Origin: Candidatus Cloacimonadales bacterium
GTDB taxonomy: Bacteria; Cloacimonadota; Cloacimonadia; Cloacimonadales; JAFGVF01
DNA length: 64,000 nt
Direction of reading: 5' to 3'
Assembly (NCBI GenBank): GCA_963677815.1
Contig: OY782499.1
Coordinates: 613,252 to 677,251 of the forward strand
The notes under the pieces are model-generated. The model was not told the DNA's origin, ran no database searches, and saw nothing but the letters and a program-made list of their open reading frames with translations. This document shows, piece after piece, positions 18,505-28,698 of this stretch. How positions within the stretch are numbered: position 1 is the first letter of the stretch; every line of letters starts with the position of its first letter. Both the position numbers and the translations under genes were made by a program.

Positions 18505-20226
18505 TTGTTAAAGAGATTTATTGCTTTCTATAAACCTCACAAACTTCTATTTTTTATTGATATCATTGCTGCTATTCTCGTTTCTTTATTGAACATAATC
18601 TTTCCTACTGTTACTAGACAACTAATAAGAGAAAAAATTCCTGCAAAAGATGTCAGGATGATAGTTATTTTCTTCATTTTCCTACTGCTTATTTTTTCGG
18701 CTAGGGCCATCTTGAACTATATCAGGGTAAAGTGGGGGCATATCTTAGGGGTAAGAATGGAAGCTGATATGCGTTCAAAGTTATTTAGACATCTCCAAAA
18801 GCTATCTTTTACTTATTATGACAATACTAAAACTGGACATATTATGTCTAGGATAACTAATGATTTGAATACTATTGCTGAAGTTGCTCATCACGCTCCT
18901 GAAGACTTAATTATTTCCATTTTCACAATAATTGGTTCTTTTATCTTTATGTTCAAATTTAATGCTAGTCTAGCTTGGTTTGCTCTTATCCCCATCCCCC
19001 TTATGGTTATTTGGGGATTGACCTTAGGAAGAAAGATGAAACTAGGCTTCAGACTTGTCAGAAAGAAAATAGCTGATATGAATTCTTCAGTTGAAAACTC
19101 AGTGCAAGGTATTAGGGAAGTAAAATCTTATGCTAATGAAGATGTTGAAATTGAGAAATTCGGCAATGTAAATATTCATTTCCAGCAATCAAAAGAAAAA
19201 ATGTACTCTTTGATGTCTCTTTTCCATACAGGTATGGGTTTTATTACAGATATTTATTATGGTGTAGTTTTAGCTGGAGCAAGTTGGTTGATTTTAGCTA
19301 ATAGACTTGAAGTTGCTGATTTACTTGTCTTCATCCTCTATATTAATTTTATTTTAAATCCAATTAATAGACTCATAAACTTTGTGGAGCAATATCAACA
19401 AGGAACTACGGCATTCGAAAGATTTACAGAAATTATGGATATTGAGCCAGACATCAATGATATAGAAAATCCTCTGCAACTAAATGATGTTAGAGGGCAA
19501 ATTGAACTAATCAATCTTGATTTTAAATATTCAGGCTCTACCGATATGATTCTTTCTAATATTAATATAAAAATCAATGCAGGACAAACTGTTGCTTTAG
19601 TTGGTGAATCAGGTGCAGGTAAATCAACTTTAGTTTCTTTAATACCCCGTTTCTATGAACCTATTAAAGGTGATATATTGATTGATGATGTGAGTGTTAA
19701 AGACTTAGAGCAAAAGTTTTTAAGAGATAATATTGGAATTGTTCAGCAAAATGTCTTTCTCTTTGACACCAGCATTAAGGAAAATATTCTCTATGGAAAA
19801 CCAGAAGCAAGTGACCAGGAGATTATTGAAGCTGCCAGAAAAGCAAATATTCTTGACTTTATCCTGGGCCTCCCTGATGGTTTCGATACTTTAGTTGGGG
19901 AGAGGGGAGTTAAATTATCTGGAGGACAAAAACAAAGAGTTTCTATAGCAAGAGTCTTTTTAAAAGACCCTCCAATCTTAATATTTGATGAAGCAACTTC
20001 TTCACTTGATACTGAATCAGAAGTCTATATTCAAGAAGCCTTGAATGAACTTAGTATTGGTAGAACAACCCTGATAATTGCCCATAGACTCTCAACTGTA
20101 GCAAGTGCAGATTATACTTATGTAATGCGTCAGGGCCAAATAGTAGAAGCTGGAAAACACCAAGACCTACTTAGTGAAAAAGGGTACTATTATAGTTTAT
20201 GTTCAAGAATGAACGTTTTTGACTAA
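18505..20226 (+). CDS. ABC exporter, fused permease/ATPase (MsbA/ABCB type)
   Basis: 573 aa with six predicted TM segments. Has Walker A (GESGAGKST), the signature LSGGQKQRVSIAR and Walker B (ILIFDEATSSLD). Uses a TTG start with SD gggagg. Confidence 0.9.
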   Translation: MLKRFIAFYKPHKLLFFIDIIAAILVSLLNIIFPTVTRQLIREKIPAKDVRMIVIFFIFLLLIFSARAILNYIRVKWGHILGVRMEADMRSKLFRHLQKLSFTYYDNTKTGHIMSRITNDLNTIAEVAHHAPEDLIISIFTIIGSFIFMFKFNASLAWFALIPIPLMVIWGLTLGRKMKLGFRLVRKKIADMNSSVENSVQGIREVKSYANEDVEIEKFGNVNIHFQQSKEKMYSLMSLFHTGMGFITDIYYGVVLAGASWLILANRLEVADLLVFILYINFILNPINRLINFVEQYQQGTTAFERFTEIMDIEPDINDIENPLQLNDVRGQIELINLDFKYSGSTDMILSNINIKINAGQTVALVGESGAGKSTLVSLIPRFYEPIKGDILIDDVSVKDLEQKFLRDNIGIVQQNVFLFDTSIKENILYGKPEASDQEIIEAARKANILDFILGLPDGFDTLVGERGVKLSGGQKQRVSIARVFLKDPPILIFDEATSSLDTESEVYIQEALNELSIGRTTLIIAHRLSTVASADYTYVMRQGQIVEAGKHQDLLSEKGYYYSLCSRMNVFD

Positions 20227-20262
20227 TTACAAATTAGAGATATAATATAAGGACTATATAAT

Positions 20263-21114
20263 ATGAAACTAAAAGAACAGGCTATAATCTGGATGCTTGT
20301 ATCTGCTCTTGCCTTTGCTATTATGGGAGCTATGGTAAAATTAGCTGACCAAGTTCCGGTATTAGAAAAAGTCTTTTTTAGAAATTTAATCACTTTCTTC
20401 TTAATGCTAGTTATTATTATCAAACAAAAGGAAAACCCTTTCAAACAAGCGTCAGCTACTAAATTTCTCATCATCCGCTCTTTGGCTGGTTTAATAGGAG
20501 TAGTTCTCTACTTCTATGCTATTACTAATATGCCTTTAGCTGATTCTACTATGCTAAACAAATTATCTCCCTTCTTTGTTATCCTGTTTGCAGGAATCTT
20601 TCTTAAAGAAGGATTTAATCTTAGAAAAGTTCTGGTAATTATTTTGGCCTTTGTTGGAGCTCTACTAGTTATAAAACCACAATTTGATATGACTATCTTA
20701 CCTGCTTTAGCAGGCCTTTTATCTGCTGTTTTTGCAGGTTTAGCCTACACCATTGTTCGCTTTCTAAAAGACAAAGCTTCTTCTAGCATGATAGTTTTTT
20801 TCTTTTCAACTATTTCTGTTATTGGAACTTTTCCTCTAATGCTAGGAACTTTTGTTATCCCTGATTTATTAACCTTACTAATTTTGATTTCAATAGGTGT
20901 ATTTGCTGGAATAGGTCAGATTTGTCTTACTAAAGCCTACCACTTAGCCCCAGCTTCTGAAATTTCTATCTATAATTACACCTCTATTCTCTTTGCTACT
21001 ATCCTAGGAATATTAATTGGAGATTCTTTCCCAGACTATCTATCTATTCTCGGAGGGAGTATTATTTTCCTAACAGCTTTATATAACTATAAATTAATGA
21101 GCAAAAAAAAATGA
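20263..21114 (+). CDS. EamA/DMT family transporter
   Basis: 283 aa with about 10 TM segments in a duplicated EamA-like architecture. The stop codon is TGA (21112-21114). Confidence 0.85.
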   Translation: MKLKEQAIIWMLVSALAFAIMGAMVKLADQVPVLEKVFFRNLITFFLMLVIIIKQKENPFKQASATKFLIIRSLAGLIGVVLYFYAITNMPLADSTMLNKLSPFFVILFAGIFLKEGFNLRKVLVIILAFVGALLVIKPQFDMTILPALAGLLSAVFAGLAYTIVRFLKDKASSSMIVFFFSTISVIGTFPLMLGTFVIPDLLTLLILISIGVFAGIGQICLTKAYHLAPASEISIYNYTSILFATILGILIGDSFPDYLSILGGSIIFLTALYNYKLMSKKK

Positions 21115-21188
21115 AAAAACTTAATGGAATATAACTTGCATTAATATACATAAAAACAGATTATAATAATAAATATAGAGAGGATTTT

Positions 21189-23540
21189 ATGAGAAAAAGT
21201 TTACTTTTATTACTTTTAGCTACAACAAGTTTACTTTTTAGTCAGGGCACACTACCAGATTGCTACCCTACTAATCAAGAAATAACGGATCAGTTACTTC
21301 AATACCAAGAAGATTATCCTGATATTTGTCAAGTCACTATTGCTGGTTATTCACAAGAAGATAACTTACCTATTTATTTAGTGAAATTATCAGAAAATGT
21401 TGAAGAGTTTCAAGCAGAAAAACCAGTCATTCTCTTTAGCTCACTTATTCATGCTGAAGAAGTTTTAGGTATTCCAATTGCCCTCAAGACTATTGATGAA
21501 ATTCTTACTCATCACACCAGCACACCATATTCATCATGGCTGCAACAACTCCAAATATATTTAATACCTACTCTAAATCCTGAAGGATATCAAGTTGTTA
21601 GAGATGGTATTGATACTTCATTCAGAAAAAATAAAAGAGATAACAACGAGAATGGTATCTTCGACTTTAGTGCTGTGGTAGGACACGATGTTGATGGTGT
21701 TGACCCTAACCGTAACTTCCCTCTAAACTGGGTTCATGGTGATACTCTTTATTCTACTTCAGGTCTAGAAGTTTATGACTACTATCGTGGTCCAGCTCCT
21801 CTTTCAGAAAATGAAGTAAATGTTATCTGGGATTTCTGCCAAGAATACAAACCTGTTTATTCAATTCAATGGCATTCATCTAGAACTGGTAACCTATCTG
21901 AAAAAGCTTACTACCCATGGAATTGGTATAACTTAAGACCTTCTCCAGATATGGATATGTCTGAACAACTCGGACAAGGTGTAGCCAGCAACATGCTTAA
22001 AGAAAATCAAGCTAATACTTATGAATGCTACCCAGGAACTGGCCGTAAAGGTTCCCAAGACCACTCTCTTTATCAAGCTTTCGGAACTCTCCAAATCTTA
22101 GTAGAGTGTGGTACTTTGAACTTGCAACCTGAAGAAGATGAAATGGACTTTGTTGCTCAACAAGGCTATAATGCTTCTGCCTGGATGCTTAATAGAGCTC
22201 TTCTTAATAGTATTGAAACAGAATCAAACTCTATGCTTACTGGTGTAGTAACCGATGCTATTACCGGTCAAGCTCTAGAAGCTGAAATTCAAATTGATGG
22301 TAGAAATCAAAGATATTTAGCTCCTAGATTATCTTTTGCAGAAAGTGGAAGATTTTTCCGACCTCTTGTAAATGGTCAATACACTTTGATTGTCAAAAAA
22401 CCAGGTTATTATACCTATAATCAAAATGTTACAGTTTATAATATCAGAACAAATAGAAATGTTGAACTTACTCCTCTACCTGCACCCAATTCTTCACTTG
22501 CTCTAAATATTAGTGGTTTCTGGGGACAAGGTAAAGTAAAATTCGAATACTTAGATATAGCTGACCATGTAGTTGAAGTTGATGATATATCTCCTGATAA
22601 TGTTAATAATATTGACCTCATTTCTGGTGATGTTATCCTTACTTTTGAAAGTGAAGATAGATACTTCTCTGACCAATTCACTATTCCTAATGGTCCAACT
22701 GCTATTAATATCGACTTATCTAATTTCCAAGACCTCTTTACTGACAATTTTGAGAACTTAGATAATTGGACTGGTACCGATAACTGGGACATAACTTCAT
22801 ATACCAATTCTGAAGGTTTACCTCAATCATTTATGTCAGATTCTAAACACTGGAGTTTCACTTTTGAATCAGGTTTTGATAATTCTTTCTATGAACATAA
22901 TTGTGATTATCATCTTACTACCCTTGAACCCATTACTATTAATTCAAACAATATTAACTACATTGAATTAGAACACTGGCTTCATACTGAATGGGATTAT
23001 GACTGGGCTAGTATCTATATTAGTTCTGATGGGGAAAACTGGATAGAAAACCCTGTTTGGTCTGAATCCGGACAGTTTGATTACCTACATAAAGACTGGA
23101 TTAAAATTCCGGCTGACTTTGATTCTGACCAGTTATATATTACTCTTTCTCTCACTGATGACGGTGCCGAACAAAGATTAATTGACCCAGGTTGGAATAT
23201 TAACAAAATCTCTGTTAAATCATTCTCTCCTGTAGTTACTGCAAATGATAATGATGCTCAACAAGTTTCAAATTCTCTTCTAGGAAATAATTATCCTAAC
23301 CCATTTAATCCTGAAACATCTATCAGCTTTAACCTCCAAAATAAAGCTAGCAAGAATGCTAAGATTGAAATTTATAACTTAAGAGGACAAAAAGTGGAAC
23401 AAATAACCTTACACGATAATGACATCAAGGCTGGAAAAGTTACTTGGAATGCTGAAAAACAAGCTTCTGGCGTTTACCTTTATCGTTTGACTTCTGATGG
23501 TATCGTGATTGATACTAAAAAAGCTACTTTAATGAAATAA
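21189..23540 (+). CDS. Secreted M14 zinc carboxypeptidase with a T9SS C-terminal sorting domain
   Basis: Has a signal peptide, HAEEVLG (HxxE zinc ligands), NPEGY and DPNRNFP motifs, and a CarboxypepD_reg-like segment (LTGVVTDAITGQAL). The C-terminus is NYPNPFNPETSISF...GVYLYRL. Confidence 0.85.
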   Translation: MRKSLLLLLLATTSLLFSQGTLPDCYPTNQEITDQLLQYQEDYPDICQVTIAGYSQEDNLPIYLVKLSENVEEFQAEKPVILFSSLIHAEEVLGIPIALKTIDEILTHHTSTPYSSWLQQLQIYLIPTLNPEGYQVVRDGIDTSFRKNKRDNNENGIFDFSAVVGHDVDGVDPNRNFPLNWVHGDTLYSTSGLEVYDYYRGPAPLSENEVNVIWDFCQEYKPVYSIQWHSSRTGNLSEKAYYPWNWYNLRPSPDMDMSEQLGQGVASNMLKENQANTYECYPGTGRKGSQDHSLYQAFGTLQILVECGTLNLQPEEDEMDFVAQQGYNASAWMLNRALLNSIETESNSMLTGVVTDAITGQALEAEIQIDGRNQRYLAPRLSFAESGRFFRPLVNGQYTLIVKKPGYYTYNQNVTVYNIRTNRNVELTPLPAPNSSLALNISGFWGQGKVKFEYLDIADHVVEVDDISPDNVNNIDLISGDVILTFESEDRYFSDQFTIPNGPTAINIDLSNFQDLFTDNFENLDNWTGTDNWDITSYTNSEGLPQSFMSDSKHWSFTFESGFDNSFYEHNCDYHLTTLEPITINSNNINYIELEHWLHTEWDYDWASIYISSDGENWIENPVWSESGQFDYLHKDWIKIPADFDSDQLYITLSLTDDGAEQRLIDPGWNINKISVKSFSPVVTANDNDAQQVSNSLLGNNYPNPFNPETSISFNLQNKASKNAKIEIYNLRGQKVEQITLHDNDIKAGKVTWNAEKQASGVYLYRLTSDGIVIDTKKATLMK

Positions 23541-23574
23541 ATTCATTTATAACTAATCAATAAACTAAACTTAA

Positions 23575-23596
23575 AGCCCCGTAACTGGGGCTTTTT
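23575..23596 (+). terminator. Rho-independent terminator after the M14 carboxypeptidase gene
   Basis: The hairpin agcccc-gtaact-ggggct is followed by T5. Confidence 0.75.
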
Positions 23597-23633
23597 AATA
23601 GTCCAGTATCAGTTGTGAGTTTGGCAGAGTAAC

Positions 23634-23693
23634 AATCCCCTTTCAGCTCCTTGGAGCGCTTGAGAGGGGTGGTCGAATAGACCGGGGAGAGTA
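23634..23693 (-). repeat. Family A hairpin repeat, solo copy (minus orientation)
   Basis: The sequence aatcccctttcagctccttggagcgcttgagaggggtggtcgaatagaccggggagagta is the reverse complement of the A consensus. Confidence 0.9.
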
Positions 23694-23836
23694 TTTGTTG
23701 GACGGTGGAGAATAATAGGAGACCGGAGTTCCTCAGCCTAGGCAAGGGACTTCGGGCGAAACTAATGCTAAACAATTTCCAAAAAATATAAAATTCTTTG
23801 TTACTTTTTTCATTATTCTCTTATAATAAAAAAAAC

Positions 23837-24469
23837 GGCTCAAGTTCAAGTCTTGTGGAAATTATGTTGCATTATTTTGCACTAGATATTGTATTACAGT
23901 AGTTTACGGATTATAAGTTACTATTGATAGTATTATTTTAGCAGAATAAGACATAATCCTGAAAGGATAGGTCTTATATCCCTAAAGGGGATTAATAGTT
24001 TAGCCCAGGGTAAAATCCTGAAGGGATTGCAACCCTGGGTAATGATGTATATAAAAAGCCTAACCCTGTAAGGGTTTAATAAAAACATATATATCAATGA
24101 TTTAACCCAGATTGTACAATAGAGCTTTAGAGAAGAGTGCAGATTCTTTTAGCAAAATAGCTTACAGAATTTTGACGCATATAATATATATATTCGGAGA
24201 AATTATGGAAGTTACTTTTGCAGAAGAATATAGTGCTATTCACAAAGGTCTACTGCATTATTTGGGTTTAATATTATAATTAGTTACCATTATATTAAAC
24301 CCTTACAGGGTTAGGTCGTAATTTTGGATATTGTTCCTGGGGTGACGATCCTTATAGGATCTTACCCCAGGCTAAATTATTAATCCCTTTCAGGGATACT
24401 TTGGATAATCACACTAATGATAAAATTTTATATTTTATTAAATTTTTCCACCAGACTTGAACTTGAGCC
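23837..24469 (-). mobile_element. Family D element, second copy, inverted relative to D1 and interrupted by a family B element
   Basis: It has the same terminal inverted repeats (ggctcaagttcaagtcttgtggaaa ... tttccaccagacttgaacttgagcc). The interior is collinear with the reverse complement of D1 except for a 161-bp insertion at 24106-24266. I see no matching TSD at its own ends. Confidence 0.9.
24106..24266. mobile_element. Family B element copy B2, nested inside D2, with a 5-bp TSD (TTTAA)
   Basis: TTTAA lies at 24101-24105 and at 24267-24271. The corresponding uninterrupted site in D1 reads caatgatttaatatt (reverse complement), with a single TTTAA. Confidence 0.9.
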
Positions 24470-24480
24470 ATATGTTATCG

Positions 24481-24660
24481 CCCTTCCAGGGCTAAGATAA
24501 ATTTAGCTTTCATATATACAGGGTCTAGCGAACCCTGCCTATTAGATGGCATCCTTTCGGGATTAAAAGTAAATTAAATTGCTTAAATAGAATCAATATT
24601 TGTTAACCTTGTTCGACAATATTTATTGCTACCCACTCTATTCTGGAGAGAGCCTTATAT
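24481..24660 (+). repeat. Family G element (~180 bp), copy G1
   Basis: The sequence cccttccagggctaagata...gctttcatatatacagggtctagcgaaccctgcct...catcctttcgggattaa...cttaaatagaatcaatatttgttaa...cgacaatatttat...cactcta is collinear with 54801-54975. It lies immediately 3' of kdsB. Confidence 0.8.
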
Positions 24661-24665
24661 AAAGC

Positions 24666-25403
24666 CTAGTTAGAAAACTCTTTGAGGTATTTTTCAGCTA
24701 ATACTAAATCAGCTGGAGTATCAATGCCAATACCAGTATAAGTAGTTTCAACCATCTTAATTTTATAGCCATTTTCAAGAAATCTTAACTGCTCAAGTTT
24801 CTCAATCTTCTCCAAAGCACTTTGTTCAAGATTAACAAAATCAAGTAAGGCTTGTTTTCTATAAGCGTAAACTCCGACATGTTTGTAATATTTAACATCA
24901 GTGATCTTATCACGATTAAAAGGTATTGGAGAGCGGGAGAAATACAAGGCTTGGTGCTTTACTCCACAAACAACTTTTACATTATTAGGATTAGAAATCT
25001 CTTCTTGGTCTTTAATTTCATGCATCAAGGAGGCTAAATTAACACTTTTGTCTTCAAAAGCTGCTATAAGCTCTTTGAGGGGTTGAATTTTAATGAAAGG
25101 TTCATCACCTTGAACATTTATTACAAGGTCATAATCAAGGTCTTTGACAACTTCAGCTATTCTATCTGTACCACTTTGATGTTTATCAGAAGTAAGCATA
25201 CATTTGGCCCCAAATTCTTCAACTCTTTGTTTAATCATCTCATTGTCTGTTGCTATAATTACTGGTAAGTTAAGTCCAAGAACAGCTTCATATACATGTT
25301 GAATAATTGGTTTGTGAGCAAGAGAAACTAGTGGTTTTCCAGGAAAACGAGTTGATGCAAATCTAGCAGGGATAACAATAATAGTTTTCAGTTTTTGAGT
25401 CAT
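24666..25403 (-). CDS. kdsB: 3-deoxy-manno-octulosonate cytidylyltransferase (CMP-Kdo synthetase)
   Basis: 245 aa. Has IIVIPARFASTRFPGKPL and VNVQGDEPF motifs. Confidence 0.9.
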   Translation of the reverse strand: MTQKLKTIIVIPARFASTRFPGKPLVSLAHKPIIQHVYEAVLGLNLPVIIATDNEMIKQRVEEFGAKCMLTSDKHQSGTDRIAEVVKDLDYDLVINVQGDEPFIKIQPLKELIAAFEDKSVNLASLMHEIKDQEEISNPNNVKVVCGVKHQALYFSRSPIPFNRDKITDVKYYKHVGVYAYRKQALLDFVNLEQSALEKIEKLEQLRFLENGYKIKMVETTYTGIGIDTPADLVLAEKYLKEFSN

Positions 25404-25405
25404 AA

Positions 25406-26239
25406 TTACTCCTTAACATCAATTTTAGATATCTGGTATCTAGGTTGCCATTTCAATTCAACATAAGCTTCATAAACCCAGGCATTGTCGGCCTTTCTAA
25501 GGACAAGAGAATTTCTAGTATTCTTAATATTTTCTATAATTAGGGAAGCATCAATTTCTACGAATTTCTCTTGGTAATCATTGCTGGAAATAATAGCAGC
25601 CTTTACTTGAGTTTTAATTCCTCTAATTAGATTATAAACAGCCTCATTATAAGCTCGATTATAAGCAGTTAACATATCAACAGCAGTATATTTACCACTA
25701 GAGAGTAAATCATTTTTGTTAGTTTGGATAAGATCTTGCTTATACCATGAGGGGGCTCCATTCACAGGAAGAGTTAGGCTATCAAGTAGAACTTCACTAG
25801 AAGCATTACCCACAAGACCGATTGTCATTCCTAGTAAGTCACTAGTAGCAAGAATCTCGCATTCAGAGAAATAATCTTTTAGGCCAGGTATATCACTAGC
25901 AACTTGCAAATTAAATTCTGATATTATTGGGGTAGCTACTCTTTGATCTTCTCGCATCTTCATCTTAGCAATCACAATTGATGATCTCTTCCTTTGGGCT
26001 TGAATTGCAGCGTTTTCTTTTATCTTTTCTTGGGTAGTTCCTGAGTCATAGATATAAGTTGGAGCCATACCAATTGAGACTTCATCAGATGGGACTTCTA
26101 AAAACCAATTAGGTAGATTAATAGGATGAGTTACTTGATTATAATTAGTATTATCATCTAGTTTTTCAGAGTTATTTCCTTGATTATTAGAGCAGGAAAT
26201 TATGATTATTAAGATAATAAAGATTCCAAACTTTCTCAT
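25406..26239 (-). CDS. Lipoprotein of unknown function
   Basis: 277 aa. Has a lipobox (IIIISC) and is packed at 2-3 nt spacing between mnmG and kdsB on the same strand. Confidence 0.6.
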   Translation of the reverse strand: MRKFGIFIILIIIISCSNNQGNNSEKLDDNTNYNQVTHPINLPNWFLEVPSDEVSIGMAPTYIYDSGTTQEKIKENAAIQAQRKRSSIVIAKMKMREDQRVATPIISEFNLQVASDIPGLKDYFSECEILATSDLLGMTIGLVGNASSEVLLDSLTLPVNGAPSWYKQDLIQTNKNDLLSSGKYTAVDMLTAYNRAYNEAVYNLIRGIKTQVKAAIISSNDYQEKFVEIDASLIIENIKNTRNSLVLRKADNAWVYEAYVELKWQPRYQISKIDVKE

Positions 26240-26242
26240 AAT

Positions 26243-28084
26243 CTATCCTTTTCTATAATACTTTTTAAGATAAACTAATAAAGAAGATACATCGGTAAAA
26301 TTGACTCCGGGAATACGAGACATCTGGCCAATGTTAGTTGGTTTAATCTTATTCAATTTCTCTCTTGCTTCATAGGCAATTGATTCAATTTTCATAAAAT
26401 CTATATCTTGAGGTATTCTTTGACTTTGCACATTCTCAAACTTATTAATATCTGCTAATTGCCTTTTAAGATACCCTTCATACTTGCATTCTAAAGAAAC
26501 TCTTTCGGCGACATCTGCTGGTATATCTTCATTAAATTTGAATCCAAATCGAGTTAAATCATTGAAAGAAATATCTGGTCTCTTCAATAATTTGATAAAC
26601 TTAATTGGTTCTTTAACACCTTCTATTGCTAGGCAATTATTATTCTCTAGTTTATCAATAATTCTATCTTTTAAGTCTTGGTTTTGACTGAATTTTTGCC
26701 ATCTTTCATCAGACACCAGCCCTAATTTGTAACCTAGAGGCATTAGTCTTTCATCAGCATTATCCTGTCGCAAGAAAAGTCTGTACTCCGCTCTAGAAGT
26801 GAACATCCTGTAGGGTTCATTAGTTCCTTTAGTTACTAAATCATCTAAGAGAACACCTATATAAGATTTTGACCTATCAAAATGAAGTGGCTCTTGTCCT
26901 TCTAGAGATAGCACAGCATTAATGCCAGCAGATATTCCCTGAGCACCAGCTTCCTCATAACCTGATGTACCATTTATTTGCCCTGCTAAATATAAACCTG
27001 AAATAGATTTAGTTTCCATAGAAGATTTTATATCAGATGGAATAACATAATCATACTCAATTGCATAAGCATAACGGATTAACTTAGCTTTTTCCAGTCC
27101 TGAAATAGAATGAATAACCTGAATTTGCACGTCAGGTGGGAGAGAATTACTAACCCCATTTACATAAGCTTCGTAAGTATTTGTACCCTCGGGTTCAATA
27201 AAAACATGATGTTGATTCTTATCAGAGAATTTAACGATTTTATCTTCAATTGAAGGACAGTATCTAGGTCCAATTCCAGATATTTTACCACCATAAAGAG
27301 CCGATCTATCTAGATTCTCCTGAATAATTTCATGAGTTCTTGGATTAGTATGGGTAAGCCAACAATCAACTAAATTTTTAACCTTAACATCTCGATAAAA
27401 AGAAAAACCTGTTGGGTCTTCATCTCCAGGTTGAACTTCAAGTTTAGAATAATCAATACTTCTTAAATCTATGCGAGCAGGTGTTCCAGTTTTAAATCTA
27501 GCTAAATTTAAGCCTAATTTCCTTAAAGAAGCTGATAATTCGTTGGATGCTGGTTCTCCAGATCTACCACCTGGATACTGTTTATGCCCTATATGAATGG
27601 CACCTTGTAAAAAAGTTCCATTAGCTAGAATAACCTTAGGTGCATAATAATTATAGCCCACTTGAGAAGTCACGCCCACAACAGTCTTCTTTGAATCTAC
27701 TAAAACTTCAGCAATAGTATCTTCAATGACTTGTAGATTAGGTTGATTTTCTAGATGCTGACGCATAATTTTGGAATATAAGTCTCTATCATTCTGAGAA
27801 CGTGGTGCCCATACTGCAGGCCCTTTCTTCTTGTTTAGCATCCTGAATTGAATTCCGCTTAAATCAGCTACATAACCTAATTCACCACCTAAAGCATCAA
27901 TTTCCCTTGCAAGATGCCCCTTAGCAGGTCCACCCACAGAAGGATTGCAAGACATTCTGCCGATACTCTCCAATTTTATCACAAAGATAGCAGTATTAGC
28001 CCCCATTCTCGCTGAAGCTAAAGCTGCTTCAACTCCTGCATGACCAGCCCCAACTACTATTACATCAAATTTATTCATCATCAA
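26243..28084 (-). CDS. mnmG: tRNA uridine 5-carboxymethylaminomethyl modification enzyme MnmG (GidA)
   Basis: 613 aa. Has an FAD-binding VIVVGAGHAGVEAA motif and GQINGTSGYEEAGAQG. Confidence 0.95.
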   Translation of the reverse strand: MMMNKFDVIVVGAGHAGVEAALASARMGANTAIFVIKLESIGRMSCNPSVGGPAKGHLAREIDALGGELGYVADLSGIQFRMLNKKKGPAVWAPRSQNDRDLYSKIMRQHLENQPNLQVIEDTIAEVLVDSKKTVVGVTSQVGYNYYAPKVILANGTFLQGAIHIGHKQYPGGRSGEPASNELSASLRKLGLNLARFKTGTPARIDLRSIDYSKLEVQPGDEDPTGFSFYRDVKVKNLVDCWLTHTNPRTHEIIQENLDRSALYGGKISGIGPRYCPSIEDKIVKFSDKNQHHVFIEPEGTNTYEAYVNGVSNSLPPDVQIQVIHSISGLEKAKLIRYAYAIEYDYVIPSDIKSSMETKSISGLYLAGQINGTSGYEEAGAQGISAGINAVLSLEGQEPLHFDRSKSYIGVLLDDLVTKGTNEPYRMFTSRAEYRLFLRQDNADERLMPLGYKLGLVSDERWQKFSQNQDLKDRIIDKLENNNCLAIEGVKEPIKFIKLLKRPDISFNDLTRFGFKFNEDIPADVAERVSLECKYEGYLKRQLADINKFENVQSQRIPQDIDFMKIESIAYEAREKLNKIKPTNIGQMSRIPGVNFTDVSSLLVYLKKYYRKG

Positions 28085-28087
28085 CCC

Positions 28088-28696
28088 TTAAAATAGTAAT
28101 TTTTCAACCCAATTGGTAACTTTTTCGATACCAACTTTCTTAATGGATGAAAAAGGAATTACCTCAACATCTTTTAGTTCAAACTCTTTCTTAATCCGAG
28201 CAATCTCTTTAGGAATTACAGTCTTCTTTATCTTATCACACTTGGTTGCTACAAAACAGAAAGGTATTCCAGATTCAACAAGTAAGTCTTTCATTATCAA
28301 ATCTTTTGGGTCTGCTTTTCTTCTTATATCTACCAGTAAGGCTATGCCCTTTAACTGATATCTTTCAGTGAAATATGTAGCAATCATCTTCCTCCAGGAA
28401 TCACGTTCTTCTAGCGAGACTTTAGCAAAACCATAACCAGGTAAGTCACATATTGTGAAGTAACCAGACTCTTGGCTATCAGGAAATTTAACTCTAATTT
28501 TGAAGGTATTTAATAACCTAGTTTTACCAGGTTTACCAGAAGTTTTGGCTAATAACTTCCTGTTTGTTATAGTATTAATTAGAGTTGATTTCCCAACATT
28601 AGATCTTCCAGCAAAAGCGATTTCACCAAAAACAGTCTCAGGATAATCCTTAGGATAAACAGCACTTTTTACAAATTCTGATTCAACTATACGCAT
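28088..28696 (-). CDS. engB: Ribosome biogenesis GTPase EngB/YihA
   Basis: 202 aa. Has G1 (GRSNVGKSTLIN), DLPGYG and ATKCDK motifs. Confidence 0.9.
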   Translation of the reverse strand: MRIVESEFVKSAVYPKDYPETVFGEIAFAGRSNVGKSTLINTITNRKLLAKTSGKPGKTRLLNTFKIRVKFPDSQESGYFTICDLPGYGFAKVSLEERDSWRKMIATYFTERYQLKGIALLVDIRRKADPKDLIMKDLLVESGIPFCFVATKCDKIKKTVIPKEIARIKKEFELKDVEVIPFSSIKKVGIEKVTNWVEKLLF

Positions 28697-28698
28697 AA

